From Candidatus Magasanikiibacteriota bacterium (GTDB lineage: Bacteria; Patescibacteriota; Patescibacteriia; Magasanikbacterales; UBA922): DNA of 64,000 bases. Positions 21,647 to 31,450 of the stretch are shown here, one piece after another. How positions within the stretch are numbered: the first letter of the stretch is position 1; the number at the start of each line of letters is the position of its first letter. Position numbers and translations under genes: made by a program. Location of the stretch: contig JBAYJP010000002.1 of the NCBI GenBank assembly GCA_041665025.1, positions 691 through 64,690 on the forward strand, read 5' to 3'. The notes below the pieces were generated by a model. That model had not been told where the DNA came from. It saw only the letters and a list, made by a program, of their open reading frames with translations, and searched no databases.

Positions 21647-21982
21647 GTGAGATATCGTGGCACTATGGGAGCGTTCATCCCGGTCGAAGAAGTCGCGAGA
21701 GCATTCCGCAAGCATGGATGGGAAGTTACCATCGACGAGGACAAGATCGTCTTCACCAAGGACGGCAGAAGCGGTTGGCATCGTTACACCACAGACGGCG
21801 GATGCAAGAAGGAGGACAGACGAATCAACTGCCCCTGCTACCCCACCATCAATCCGCCACAGCCTGGTGACACATGGGCGCAGGAAAGATTCGACATCTA
21901 CGAAGAGCTCGAGTTGATCCAAAAAGAAGCAAACCCACACTTCACGCCTGGGCGCCGCGGGTTCGACGGCCCAATCTGCTGA
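21647..21982 (+). CDS. Hypothetical 111-aa protein, GC-rich islet 2
   Basis: GTG start 7 nt after AGGAGG (21635-40). Alternative start at the ATG of MGAFIP. GC-rich; contains CPCYP. Confidence 0.5.
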   Translation: MRYRGTMGAFIPVEEVARAFRKHGWEVTIDEDKIVFTKDGRSGWHRYTTDGGCKKEDRRINCPCYPTINPPQPGDTWAQERFDIYEELELIQKEANPHFTPGRRGFDGPIC

Positions 21983-21996
21983 TGGAGGGCAACATG

Positions 21997-22302
21997 CCGC
22001 GAGACATCCTTGACATCGCCCGTCAAGCAGTTGTAGTCGATGCAACGGCCACTACTCCAGACGACCTCATTTTGACTCTTCAGTACTGGTGGACGGATGG
22101 AGCAGAAAGCCTCGGACTGCCCGTCAGAAAGTTCACCGAAGACATTCCACCCAACATCAAGGTCGGCATGAAGCTGGGGACCCTTATCAGAGTAGATGAC
22201 GAGGGGTACGTACTCATCGGGCTCATCACTGAACTCGATAAACACAACACTGAAGTCGTCACTACTATTGCTTTGGTCCCCACCAACGAACTCACTCTCT
22301 AG
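21997..22302 (+). CDS. Hypothetical 101-aa protein, GC-rich islet 2
   Basis: GGAGGG lies 5 nt before the ATG of MPRDIL. A terminator-like hairpin follows at about 22375-22410. Confidence 0.5.
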   Translation, partial: PRDILDIARQAVVVDATATTPDDLILTLQYWWTDGAESLGLPVRKFTEDIPPNIKVGMKLGTLIRVDDEGYVLIGLITELDKHNTEVVTTIALVPTNELTL

Positions 22303-22466
22303 CCTACTTTCACCCGCTGCCGAGTTGCCGGACTCGTTCAAAATCCGGCACACATACAATGCGCGTATTGTACAAAACAAACACCAGCCTATAGAGCTGG
22401 TTTTGTTTTTTATCCAAGTAGTAGTCAATATGATAATGTAGCAATTCTCAAAAATTTCTCCAATTT

Positions 22467-23642
22467 CTAATTACTTGTTTCCACTTTCCCCAATTGATTC
22501 ACCACTTCAACCCACGTCTTCCCTGGCTTATATATCATCTCATGAAAATCCACATCACGGAGTTGTAATTTTTCTTCCTTACTCCCCTTATACCATTGCG
22601 CGGGAATCTGATATCCATCACGAAATACAACAGCCTCGCCTTCGCCAATAGTCTCCATATCTATCCTCCCTATGCTGTCCAATACTTTTGTTTTTACATA
22701 TATGACGACAACATTGTCCGCTGTGATGAGAGTTCCATCCTGGTCAGCATGTGGCATACCAGATTGGTATCGTTCATATTTGTCAGTTGAAGAATTAAAT
22801 TTCCACGTTGCTTCATACGTCGGCGGCAAAAATGATACGGTAAATTCACTCACACAATCTGTTGTACATTTCTCACGTTCTTCAAATTTCCAAACAGTAC
22901 TCGTCACATCTAGTTTCTGGTTTCCTAGCCCAACTTCCCCATAATCTTCCCAGCCTTTGTTCCATAATTCAGACGACGTATACACATTATGTGGCGCATA
23001 CCTGTCTTGAGACCGCCAAAAATATCCGCCTTTATAAAATTCATTAAAATCAAATATGCCATATTCATCGATGACTTCAAGCGCATCAGGAGATCCGCCA
23101 CAATGCATATACATAATATTGTCATGTTCAGAGACCCAATCCAAATAATATGGGCGTGCGCTTCGAACGGGACCGACTTTGGACAGTACGGGCAGGTCTC
23201 GACCTGCCCCTTCGGCCCCAACAGGATAAATCGCCATAAATCTCGTATAATTTGACTCAACCGGCGCCTCATACACAATGGACGCTTGCGACAAACCAGA
23301 TTGTGGCCGTGCGTCTGGATGATTTTCTATCATGACCGCAACTAATTTTGGATTTACCTTATCTTGCGAATCTACGCATACGCCGTCTAACATTCTCTGA
23401 AATTTGCACGCCTTATTCTCTGCCCCGGCTTGTACGGGCAGGTCTAGGCCTGCCCCTTCATTGCCAATGCCTGAAACACGATTTTTAAAAACCCCATATC
23501 CAAAAAACCCTGCCAACCCAATCGCCACCACACACACAATGCCTGCCAATATATACAAATATTTAACCTCATCTATACCAAAATTATTTTTAATATATCC
23601 AAAAATTTTTTCTTTCATATGCGTATATAATACTCGAAACAT
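22467..23642 (-). CDS. DUF3048-family (YerB-like) membrane-anchored protein
   Basis: N-terminal TM helix. NHPDARPQSGLSQASIVYEAPVE...TRFMAIY is typical of DUF3048. It contains two copies of a GC-rich palindromic 27-mer. Confidence 0.65.
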   Translation of the reverse strand: MFRVLYTHMKEKIFGYIKNNFGIDEVKYLYILAGIVCVVAIGLAGFFGYGVFKNRVSGIGNEGAGLDLPVQAGAENKACKFQRMLDGVCVDSQDKVNPKLVAVMIENHPDARPQSGLSQASIVYEAPVESNYTRFMAIYPVGAEGAGRDLPVLSKVGPVRSARPYYLDWVSEHDNIMYMHCGGSPDALEVIDEYGIFDFNEFYKGGYFWRSQDRYAPHNVYTSSELWNKGWEDYGEVGLGNQKLDVTSTVWKFEEREKCTTDCVSEFTVSFLPPTYEATWKFNSSTDKYERYQSGMPHADQDGTLITADNVVVIYVKTKVLDSIGRIDMETIGEGEAVVFRDGYQIPAQWYKGSKEEKLQLRDVDFHEMIYKPGKTWVEVVNQLGKVETSN

Positions 23643-23726
23643 CTAAAATAATCAATCATTACCAAAACAAATACCAGCCCTCTCGGCTGGTATTTTTTAT
23701 CTCTATATATCTCAATTCATCTCCAT

Positions 23727-24431
23727 TTATTTCTTCTCTGCTGGCTTTTTATCTCCTGCTGCTTTGTCAGCACCTTCTGCTGCTCCTTCTTCACCCTCTT
23801 CTTCTTTCTTCTTCTCTACTACTTCAACAGCTTCGACGCCCTTCTGTCCTTCTTCTTCCATAGCCTTAATCTGTTCTTCAGTCAACGGAGGACTTACTTT
23901 GGCAACGGTCAAATCTGCAGGATCAGTTGATACAATACCTGCTGGTAATACGAGATCACGAACGTAAATAACATCATCAAATGTCTTAAGAACGCTCAAA
24001 TCAATAGATACGCTCGATACCAAATCTTTTGGCAAACATTTAATATTAAGTTCACTGTGCGCTTTGACAAGCGTACCGCCAAGTTCTTTGACTGCAGGAG
24101 CTTCGCCAACAAATTCAAGTTCCAGAGCAGCTTCCATTTCCTTATTCATATTGATTTGGCGGAAATCAACATGGATAATTTTATTTTTTACTGGATCATA
24201 TTGAACATCCTGAACCAAGACTTTCGTAACTGCCTTTTCCCCTTCTACGGTGCAGTCAATAAGGCTTGATTCGCCAGCTTCATTATACAATTTTTCAAAT
24301 TGAATAGCTGGAATCATGACTGACTCGGATTTTCGGTCAGCACCGTATACAATTGCCGGGATAAATCCCTGGGCACGTATAGCTTGTGCCTCATTTGAAT
24401 TTCTTTTTTGAAGTGTTATAGAAAATGTCAT
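23727..24431 (-). CDS. rplY: Ribosomal protein L25 / general stress protein Ctc with an E/K-rich tail
   Basis: N-terminus RAQGFIPAIVYG; two-domain Ctc architecture. Confidence 0.85.
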   Translation of the reverse strand: MTFSITLQKRNSNEAQAIRAQGFIPAIVYGADRKSESVMIPAIQFEKLYNEAGESSLIDCTVEGEKAVTKVLVQDVQYDPVKNKIIHVDFRQINMNKEMEAALELEFVGEAPAVKELGGTLVKAHSELNIKCLPKDLVSSVSIDLSVLKTFDDVIYVRDLVLPAGIVSTDPADLTVAKVSPPLTEEQIKAMEEEGQKGVEAVEVVEKKKEEEGEEGAAEGADKAAGDKKPAEKK

Positions 24432-24445
24432 ACAAACCGCGTTAA

Positions 24446-24802
24446 TTAAATCTTTGATAAAATATATTGATTAAATTTGTTTTTTTCCAAAATAATATGA
24501 TAGAGACCAAATAGATCATCTTCGGATAATGCAGACTTGCCACGCATCCGATTCATATCTTCGTAGGTAAGGTCGCTCAACAGTCCAACCAAACCAACAC
24601 CTATATCGGTCATACCAAGCAACACCACAAGCGCGTGTTTACATGATGAGCAGGTAATATGAAACACATGTGCTTTTGCTTGATTTTCAATGGTCTTGAT
24701 GCCGCTTGTCTCAAATGTGGTATTACACAAAGGACACTGCTTCATGACACCAAACTGGGTCTGCAGCGAATCAAAAGACAAGGGTAATGATGATAGGGAC
24801 AT
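24446..24802 (-). CDS. Hypothetical protein with an N-terminal CxxC...CxxC zinc-ribbon-like motif
   Basis: CPLCN...CSSCKH. Confidence 0.4.
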   Translation of the reverse strand: MSLSSLPLSFDSLQTQFGVMKQCPLCNTTFETSGIKTIENQAKAHVFHITCSSCKHALVVLLGMTDIGVGLVGLLSDLTYEDMNRMRGKSALSEDDLFGLYHIILEKNKFNQYILSKI

Positions 24803-24856
24803 ATATAAGCGGGGATACTATAGCAAAGGAATGTCTTTTAGTCAAGACAAATACCC

Positions 24857-25954
24857 TTAGGACGAACGAGCGGCACTTTGGGCAATTCCAATAAGCAAAA
24901 AATTCATAATAAGAGATGACCCTCCATAGCTTAGAAAGGGTAGGGTAACACCAGTTACCGGCAACAATCCCAGGGCGGCCCCCATGTTCACGACAATTTG
25001 AAAAAAGAATACAAATGCAATGCCAACGACAACATAACTACAAAAATCACTCCGAGAATGCTCGGCAATACGCACAATTCTCCAGACAAGTATGCTAAAC
25101 AACGTAAGTACTATGGCAGAACCTACAAATCCAAGCTCTTCGCCAATAACTGAAAAAATAAAGTCAGTTTGAGCTTCAGGTAAAAAATGAAGCTGGCTTT
25201 GTGAACCAAATCCCAGTCCCCTTCCTCGTAATTGTCCAGCTCCGATTGCAATAATTGACTGCGTCACATTATATCCAGAACCGAGTGGATCCCGCTCTGG
25301 ATTGATGAACGTAAGTACGCGTTCTTTTTGATAATCTTTGAATAAAAAAACCCAACCAATAGCGGCAACGGCAAGAGCTGCTACCACAATACCAATAATA
25401 TAGCGTCGTTTTGTGCCAACAACCAAAAGCAGACCAAACCAAGTAAACAACAATATTGATGAAGATCCCAAATCCGGCTGAAGCAAAATAAGACCAACCA
25501 ATATAAGTGTCATGACAAATGTTGCAACAACAAATTGCCATTTTTCAAAACGCCTGCCTTGCCGCTCTATACGCCATGCGAGAAACAAGACGAGAGCAAC
25601 TTTTGCAAATTCTGCTGGCTGGAATGAAAAACCAAACAAACGAAACCAGCCTGTCGTACCGCGCACCGTGACGCCAAACAACAACACTGAGATGAGCAAT
25701 ATCAGAGAAGCGAGGTATGCAAAACGAGCAGTTGATTCATAAAAGGATATGTGAAATTGAAATGCGACAAAACAAATTGCAATTCCCAAACATAACGCAA
25801 TAATTTGTGATGATGAAAAATTTAGTTCTTCCCCGCGTGACAAATCCACACTATAAATAGCCGCAAGTCCAACTAAAGAAAGAACAAGTGCTGTGAGGAA
25901 CAGCACCCAATCAAATTTTCTCCATGTTCCGCTCGCAAAAGAAAAACGTAACAT
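24857..25954 (-). CDS. FtsW/RodA/SpoVE-family peptidoglycan glycosyltransferase
   Basis: Ten TM helices and the motif LSYGGSSLIMNFLLIGI. The start was set at MLRFSF. Confidence 0.85.
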   Translation of the reverse strand: MLRFSFASGTWRKFDWVLFLTALVLSLVGLAAIYSVDLSRGEELNFSSSQIIALCLGIAICFVAFQFHISFYESTARFAYLASLILLISVLLFGVTVRGTTGWFRLFGFSFQPAEFAKVALVLFLAWRIERQGRRFEKWQFVVATFVMTLILVGLILLQPDLGSSSILLFTWFGLLLVVGTKRRYIIGIVVAALAVAAIGWVFLFKDYQKERVLTFINPERDPLGSGYNVTQSIIAIGAGQLRGRGLGFGSQSQLHFLPEAQTDFIFSVIGEELGFVGSAIVLTLFSILVWRIVRIAEHSRSDFCSYVVVGIAFVFFFQIVVNMGAALGLLPVTGVTLPFLSYGGSSLIMNFLLIGIAQSAARSS

Positions 25955-26070
25955 ACACTTCACGTGACACGAAGCACGCATCACGTAACATATCAATTAA
26001 CAAATTACACTATATAACTTTTCCCGCCACAGCGGGATCCCGCTCGCTGCGGGACAACTTTACAGCTTCG

Positions 26071-26976
26071 TCAACGTAATGGCATGTACGCATTTTTATC
26101 AAACACATTTACCAAGGGCTCTATTTTCACTACATCTACAGTTATCTCATCAGATAAAGACGCAAGAGAAATAGTCCTCTTCTCTCCTGCTCTAAATTGA
26201 TTTACGCGCAATAACGCAACACCGGTCATTTCTCCATTTTCGTCATAATACAAGACATTAAAATCTCCATCCCAATAACTAAACAATGAATCATTACTTA
26301 TGTCAAATGTTATCAGATGCGTACTACGTCCATCTTTGCCCGTCGCGGGCAGAAATGTTGGTTCGCCAACTGAAAACTGCAAGCGTTGTGCGATAAATTT
26401 GAGTGGCTCTGGCACGCCATGCGGATTTAAGCGCGTCCATTTTGTATCAACCAAATCAAATTGTGCAGAAGAAGGCGGGCGAGGAGATGTCTGCCCATAC
26501 GCAACAATATATCTCGTCTGCCCGGGCAAAAGCGTTGTTTCGAGCGTCTCAGTTTGCCCTCCGCCATAATTAAAACGATACGATGGTTTGGCAACCCAAT
26601 CCTCATTGGGGTTTGTCGCTTCAATCACAAAATCATATTTATCTTTTGCACTATTAAATACGTGTTGATTTCGTACAATCAAATCCTTAGGCTGTTGCAA
26701 CGCATGAACATTTTCATAGTTAATCTGTTCACTCACAAGCTGGGTGCGCAACTGTTCGTCTTTTGTATAATCAAATAATAAATATTTACCCCATACAAAT
26801 AACCCGATGCCAATCGTAATAACGCTCCATACACTAAGCACAGCAATAAACAACTTGCGCAATACTATCTTATGCTCGACATACCACGTGGCGAATTTTA
26901 ATGTCTTATTGCTAAATTCACCTGTTGGGTCTTGGTAGCGTTCAAATGGAGATTTGGTAGATGGTTTGAGAGGCAT
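26071..26976 (-). CDS. Single-pass membrane protein with an extracytoplasmic domain, hypothetical
   Basis: TM helix at about aa 40-62. Adjacent to ftsW/rodA. Confidence 0.5.
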   Translation of the reverse strand: MPLKPSTKSPFERYQDPTGEFSNKTLKFATWYVEHKIVLRKLFIAVLSVWSVITIGIGLFVWGKYLLFDYTKDEQLRTQLVSEQINYENVHALQQPKDLIVRNQHVFNSAKDKYDFVIEATNPNEDWVAKPSYRFNYGGGQTETLETTLLPGQTRYIVAYGQTSPRPPSSAQFDLVDTKWTRLNPHGVPEPLKFIAQRLQFSVGEPTFLPATGKDGRSTHLITFDISNDSLFSYWDGDFNVLYYDENGEMTGVALLRVNQFRAGEKRTISLASLSDEITVDVVKIEPLVNVFDKNAYMPLR

Positions 26977-27162
26977 ACGTTGTCTAAGTAGCTAAGTTAA
27001 CTAAGTTTTCTAGGCTGGCTAAGTTATAAAACTACTTAAGTGCTACAGTGCTTAAGTGATACCAGTATACCAAAAAAAATAGTAACAGAACATACCTTGA
27101 AATGGATAGACAAAGATGTTTTAATTACAATATCCAAAATACCCCGCAAAGAGGAGGTCGGG

Positions 27163-27399
27163 ATGATAGGAGTAATTGGACGAGGATATGGAGTGTACGG
27201 ACTACCACCTTCGAAAAAGGTGGCTACAGACCCAGCGGCCCCAACCCCGGGGGCACTTCTTCGCACCTATTGTGGTCAATGGTGTAGAGAAGATGAGCAC
27301 TTTTTTTGGAACTGCACAAATCCGGATTGCGGGAAGATTCTCATACCCGCATCGGAGTTTTTTTGCCGGTGCCGTGTGTGTACACGACCGGCAAGATAG
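27163..27399 (+). CDS. Small Cys-rich (zinc-ribbon-like) protein of 78 aa
   Basis: The start was set at MIGVIG, which follows a GAGGAGGT Shine-Dalgarno. Cysteine pattern CGQWC...CTNPDC...CRCRVC. Relatively GC-rich. A long hairpin terminator follows at 27414-27494. Confidence 0.45.
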   Translation: MIGVIGRGYGVYGLPPSKKVATDPAAPTPGALLRTYCGQWCREDEHFFWNCTNPDCGKILIPASEFFCRCRVCTRPAR

Positions 27400-27601
27400 A
27401 GGATGGTGGACGACCCCGCTCGATCCACCTACTGTATGTTTAATTTCTTAAATATATAGTAGGGAGACTATTCGAGCGGGGTTTTGTTGTTTTATAGATC
27501 GGTTGTTGATTTGTACCCACACATATGGTAAAATAAAGTCGTTAAAAAAGGAAAAAATTCTTATTTGAAATTTTATTAGGTGAATTAGGTGAATTGTAAT
27601 T

Positions 27602-29785
27602 TTGTCATTTTTTCAATATTGTATGCCAAAACATGTAACAAAAGGAAGGGTTGTTCATAAACCAGCAGAAAAGAAAACCCCCCCGCCAAAAATCAAAAAA
27701 CCTGTTGAAAAACCAGTGCCTAAAAAAGAACGAGCACCTGCTTCAAGCAGTTCTGATTATTCGGCAAAAAATATTCAGGTACTCGAAGGACTCGATGCTG
27801 TCCGCAAACGTCCAGGCATGTATATTGGTTCAACTGGAACGCAAGGTTTGCACCACCTTATTTGGGAAGTCGTTGACAACTCTATTGACGAATCCATGGC
27901 AGGACACTGTGATGAAATTATTGTGCGCCTCCTCCCCGATCATTGGGTAGAAGTCACCGACAACGGACGTGGCATTCCGGTAGATATTCATCCACAAAAA
28001 AAAGTAAGCGCACTACAATTGGTTTTGAGTACCCTGCATGCCGGAGGTAAATTTGGCGAAGAAGGCGGATACAAAGTATCCGGCGGTTTGCATGGCGTGG
28101 GTGTATCTGTAGTAAATGCATTGTCTCAAGATCTCAAAGCCACAGTGTATCGTGATGGAAAAATCTGGGAACAAAAATATAAACTCGGCAAACCAGTGAG
28201 CAAAGTAGCACCTGTAGGCAAAACAAATAAAACAGGGACAGTAATTGCATTTCGTCCAGATCCATCTATTATTGAAACCCTCACCTATGAATGGAACACT
28301 ATTCTTGACCATTTGCGCCAGCAAGCATACTTGACCAAAGGCGTGCGCATGGTTTTATTTGATGAACGAACCATGGAAGAAAAGGCGGAAGATAAATCCT
28401 CGATTCCATTTCCAAAAAACGAATATATTTTTTATTTCGAAGGCGGTATTGCCAGCTACACCAAACACATAAATAAAAACAAAGAGCCAAAACATGAAAA
28501 TGTTTTTTATACTGAAAAACAAGAAGGAAAAGTAAGTGTTGAAATCGCTTTACAATATACCGATGACTACAATGAATCTCTGTTTGCATTTGCAAACAAT
28601 ATAACCAACCCAGACGGCGGTATGCATGTTGCTGGTTTTCGTGGCGCACTCACACGAACCCTAAATGCATATGCACGCAACAAAGGAATCCTAAAAGAAA
28701 AAGATGCAAATCTTGGTGGTGAAGATGTGCGCGAAGGTCTGACTGCTATTATTTCTGTCAAAATTCCAGAGCCTCAATTCGAAGGACAAACCAAAGCAAA
28801 ACTGGGCAATCCAGAAGTCAAACCAATTGTTGAAAATATTTTTGCAGAGCAATTCATGATATTTTTGGAAGAACATCCCAAAGATGCCGAGGGTATTATT
28901 GGCAAATGTCTTATTGCCGCAAAAGCACGACAGGCAGCCAAGTCTGCACGTGATGCGGTATTACGAAAAAGCGCTTTGGAAGGATTTACGTTGCCAGGAA
29001 AACTTGCAGATTGTTCCAGCAGAAAAGCCGAGGAATCAGAACTCTATATCGTAGAGGGAGATTCTGCTGGTGGCAGCGCCAAACAAGGACGCGATCGCCA
29101 CACTCAGGCCATTCTCCCCTTGCGTGGTAAAGTCTTGAATGTGGAACGTGCTCGACTTGATAAAATTCTTGCCAATAACGAACTCAAATCACTCATTATT
29201 GCCATGGGTACCAATGTTGGAGAAATGTTTGATGTTACCAAACTGCGCTATCACAAAATTATTATCATGACCGATGCTGACGTAGACGGTGCACATATCC
29301 GCACCTTACTTCTCACATTATTTTTTCGTTATTTTCCCGACCTTATTTATCAAGGATACATCTATGTCGCCCAGCCTCCGCTCTTTAGTATAAAAAAAGG
29401 CAAAGAGGTTGAATGGATATTTAATGAAGAAGCCCTTGAAACATACAAAAAGAAATATGGGCTCAATGACGCGGCATTTGAAGCTGTAGAAGAAGAAACA
29501 GATACAGACGCTGATCAAGTAGAACAACCACGTAAAACTCAAGCTGCGCCTGAGTCACGCGGTACAAAATTAAATATTCAACGCTACAAAGGTCTTGGAG
29601 AAATGAACCCTGACCAACTGTGGGAAACAACTATGAACCCTGCCAATCGTCTCTTGAAACAAGTGACTGTAGAGGACGCAGAAAAGGCAAGCGAGGTATT
29701 TGATATACTTATGGGCAGTGAAGTTGCCCCGAGAAAAAAATTCATACAAACTCACGCTAAGTCTGTTAAAAACTTGGATATCTAG
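27602..29785 (+). CDS. gyrB: DNA gyrase subunit B with a Lys/Pro-rich N-terminal extension
   Basis: Motifs GLDAVRKRPGMYIGST, GLHGVGVSVVNALS and the toprim motif EGDSAGG. Confidence 0.95.
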   Translation: MSFFQYCMPKHVTKGRVVHKPAEKKTPPPKIKKPVEKPVPKKERAPASSSSDYSAKNIQVLEGLDAVRKRPGMYIGSTGTQGLHHLIWEVVDNSIDESMAGHCDEIIVRLLPDHWVEVTDNGRGIPVDIHPQKKVSALQLVLSTLHAGGKFGEEGGYKVSGGLHGVGVSVVNALSQDLKATVYRDGKIWEQKYKLGKPVSKVAPVGKTNKTGTVIAFRPDPSIIETLTYEWNTILDHLRQQAYLTKGVRMVLFDERTMEEKAEDKSSIPFPKNEYIFYFEGGIASYTKHINKNKEPKHENVFYTEKQEGKVSVEIALQYTDDYNESLFAFANNITNPDGGMHVAGFRGALTRTLNAYARNKGILKEKDANLGGEDVREGLTAIISVKIPEPQFEGQTKAKLGNPEVKPIVENIFAEQFMIFLEEHPKDAEGIIGKCLIAAKARQAAKSARDAVLRKSALEGFTLPGKLADCSSRKAEESELYIVEGDSAGGSAKQGRDRHTQAILPLRGKVLNVERARLDKILANNELKSLIIAMGTNVGEMFDVTKLRYHKIIIMTDADVDGAHIRTLLLTLFFRYFPDLIYQGYIYVAQPPLFSIKKGKEVEWIFNEEALETYKKKYGLNDAAFEAVEEETDTDADQVEQPRKTQAAPESRGTKLNIQRYKGLGEMNPDQLWETTMNPANRLLKQVTVEDAEKASEVFDILMGSEVAPRKKFIQTHAKSVKNLDI

Positions 29786-29813
29786 AATACATATCACATA
29801 ACATGTATTACAT

Positions 29814-29846
29814 AAAAAAACTCGGACGTAGTCCGGGTTTTTATTT
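29814..29846. terminator. Bidirectional terminator
   Basis: aaaaaaactcggacgtagtccgggttttt. Confidence 0.6.
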
Positions 29847-29935
29847 ATCCCCTGCCCAACTTGACAAACGCATGTATCTAGAGTATAGTTTTAGCGTAAT
29901 TCGGCCCAAGGCCGTTTTTAAATAGGCAAAAAACT

Positions 29936-30115
29936 ATGAATAAAATAACAAATTATCTACGAGAATCTATCGCAGAACTTAGAAAAGTCTCTTGGCCAAC
30001 CAAAAAACAAACAACGGCTTACACGTTGATAGTGTTGGCATTGAGTATTGGTATTGCACTTTTCTTTGCGTTACTCGACTGGATGTTTAACCTCGGACTT
30101 GAAAAGATTATTTAA
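29936..30115 (+). CDS. secE: Preprotein translocase subunit SecE (59 aa; below the ORF-track cutoff)
   Basis: Manual translation gives MNKITNYLRESIAELRKVSWPTKKQTTAYTLIVLALSIGIALFFALLDWMFNLGLEKII. It sits directly upstream of nusG and has the KVxWP motif. Confidence 0.75.
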   Translation: MNKITNYLRESIAELRKVSWPTKKQTTAYTLIVLALSIGIALFFALLDWMFNLGLEKII

Positions 30116-30165
30116 TCTTTTTTTCTTATCAATCCGTAAATCAGTATTATCAGTAATCCGTAACT

Positions 30166-30711
30166 ATGGCTAAACAACAAGCAAACTTAGGCCGTCGCTG
30201 GTATGTCATTCATACCTATAGCGGCTATGAAGAAAATGTAAAACACAATCTCGAACAACGTATTGACTCTTTTGACATGAAAGATAAGATTTTCCAGGTT
30301 CTTGTTCCAAAAGAAAAAAAGATCAAAATTAAAAATGGCAAACGAAATGTTATTGAGGAAAAAATATTTCCTGGTTATGTGCTCGTCGAAATGATGGTGA
30401 CCGATGATTCATGGTATGTCGTGCGCAACACGCCAAATGTGACCGGATTTATTGGCACCGGCACCACCCCAACTCCTATTGATCCAAAAGAAATGATGGA
30501 GCTCACCAAACGTATGACTGCTGACGAACCAACTCACAAAATTGACATGGAAGTCAACTCACCGGTTCGCATTGTGGATGGACCTTTCAAAAATTTTGAA
30601 GGAAAAGTTAGCGATGTAGATACTTCTCGCGGCAAAGTGAAAGTACTCGTCAATATGTTTGGACGAGAGACGCCGGTTGAATTAGATGCTCTCCAAGTTA
30701 AAAAGATATAA
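30166..30711 (+). CDS. nusG: Transcription antiterminator NusG
   Basis: The NGN domain WYVIHTYSGYE and a KOW domain. Confidence 0.9.
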   Translation: MAKQQANLGRRWYVIHTYSGYEENVKHNLEQRIDSFDMKDKIFQVLVPKEKKIKIKNGKRNVIEEKIFPGYVLVEMMVTDDSWYVVRNTPNVTGFIGTGTTPTPIDPKEMMELTKRMTADEPTHKIDMEVNSPVRIVDGPFKNFEGKVSDVDTSRGKVKVLVNMFGRETPVELDALQVKKI

Positions 30712-30874
30712 ATTGATTTAAAAAAAAGATATTGGGCATTGGGTCAAGATACCAGAAAAATGAAATAAAATTCTGGTTTCCTAGCCCATTACCCATCTCC
30801 CTTGTTCGGTCCACAAAGGACAGCTTCTCGACGAGGGTATCATAATAAGGATAATACTATATAAAAATAATACT

Positions 30875-31297
30875 ATGGCAAAAAAACTAGTCACTCAAAT
30901 CAAACTGCAAATCCCAGGTGGAGCTGCAAATCCAGCGCCTCCAGTTGGTCCTGCTTTGGGACAACACGGAGTAAATATCCAGGGTTTTTGTACTGAATTC
31001 AATGCAAAAACACAAGATAAAAAAGGAGAAATCGTTCCGGTAATTATCAGCGTATACGAAGATAGAAGTTTTGACTTTATCATGAAAGTCGCTCCAGCAA
31101 GCGAACTTATCAAAAAAGCTGCGGGCATCAAAAAAGGTGCGGGCAACCCACTCAAAGATAAAGTAGGTAAAATTACTAAAGCACAATTAAAAGAAATTGC
31201 TGAAAAGAAAATGCCAGACCTCAATGCAAACTCAGTAGAGGCTGCCATGAATTGCATCGCAGGAACTGCACGACAGATGGGCATAAAAGTAGAATAG
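30875..31297 (+). CDS. rplK: Ribosomal protein L11
   Basis: [14 protein letters not shown]. Confidence 0.95.
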   Translation: MAKKLVTQIKLQIPGGAANPAPPVGPALGQHGVNIQGFCTEFNAKTQDKKGEIVPVIISVYEDRSFDFIMKVAPASELIKKAAGIKKGAGNPLKDKVGKITKAQLKEIAEKKMPDLNANSVEAAMNCIAGTARQMGIKVE

Positions 31298-31450
31298 ATT
31301 CACATAACACATATCACATAACACATAACAAACCTGAAAGGGTTTGTTTTTGTCATAATAATTAGCTAACTTCAATACATTTTGCTATAATTATCTATAA
31401 TCTTGAATCTTTTCTGCCTTGATTCTTTATATACTAACTAACCAATATAT

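Noticed and set aside
21557-22428. Minus-strand ORFs 21557-22045 and 21898-22428, and plus ORFs 21657-21917 and 21874-21996, inside GC-rich islet 2. The same applies to 7211-7435, 7246-7485 and 7381-7719 in islet 1.
   Set aside because: High GC content generates long stop-free antisense and alternative-frame ORFs. The SD-led frames are preferred.
26000-26060. The GC-rich palindrome cccgccacagcgggatcccgctcgctgcggg between ftsW/rodA and the downstream gene, as a possible terminator
   Set aside because: The hairpin is plausible but lacks a flanking U-tract on either strand. I left it unannotated.
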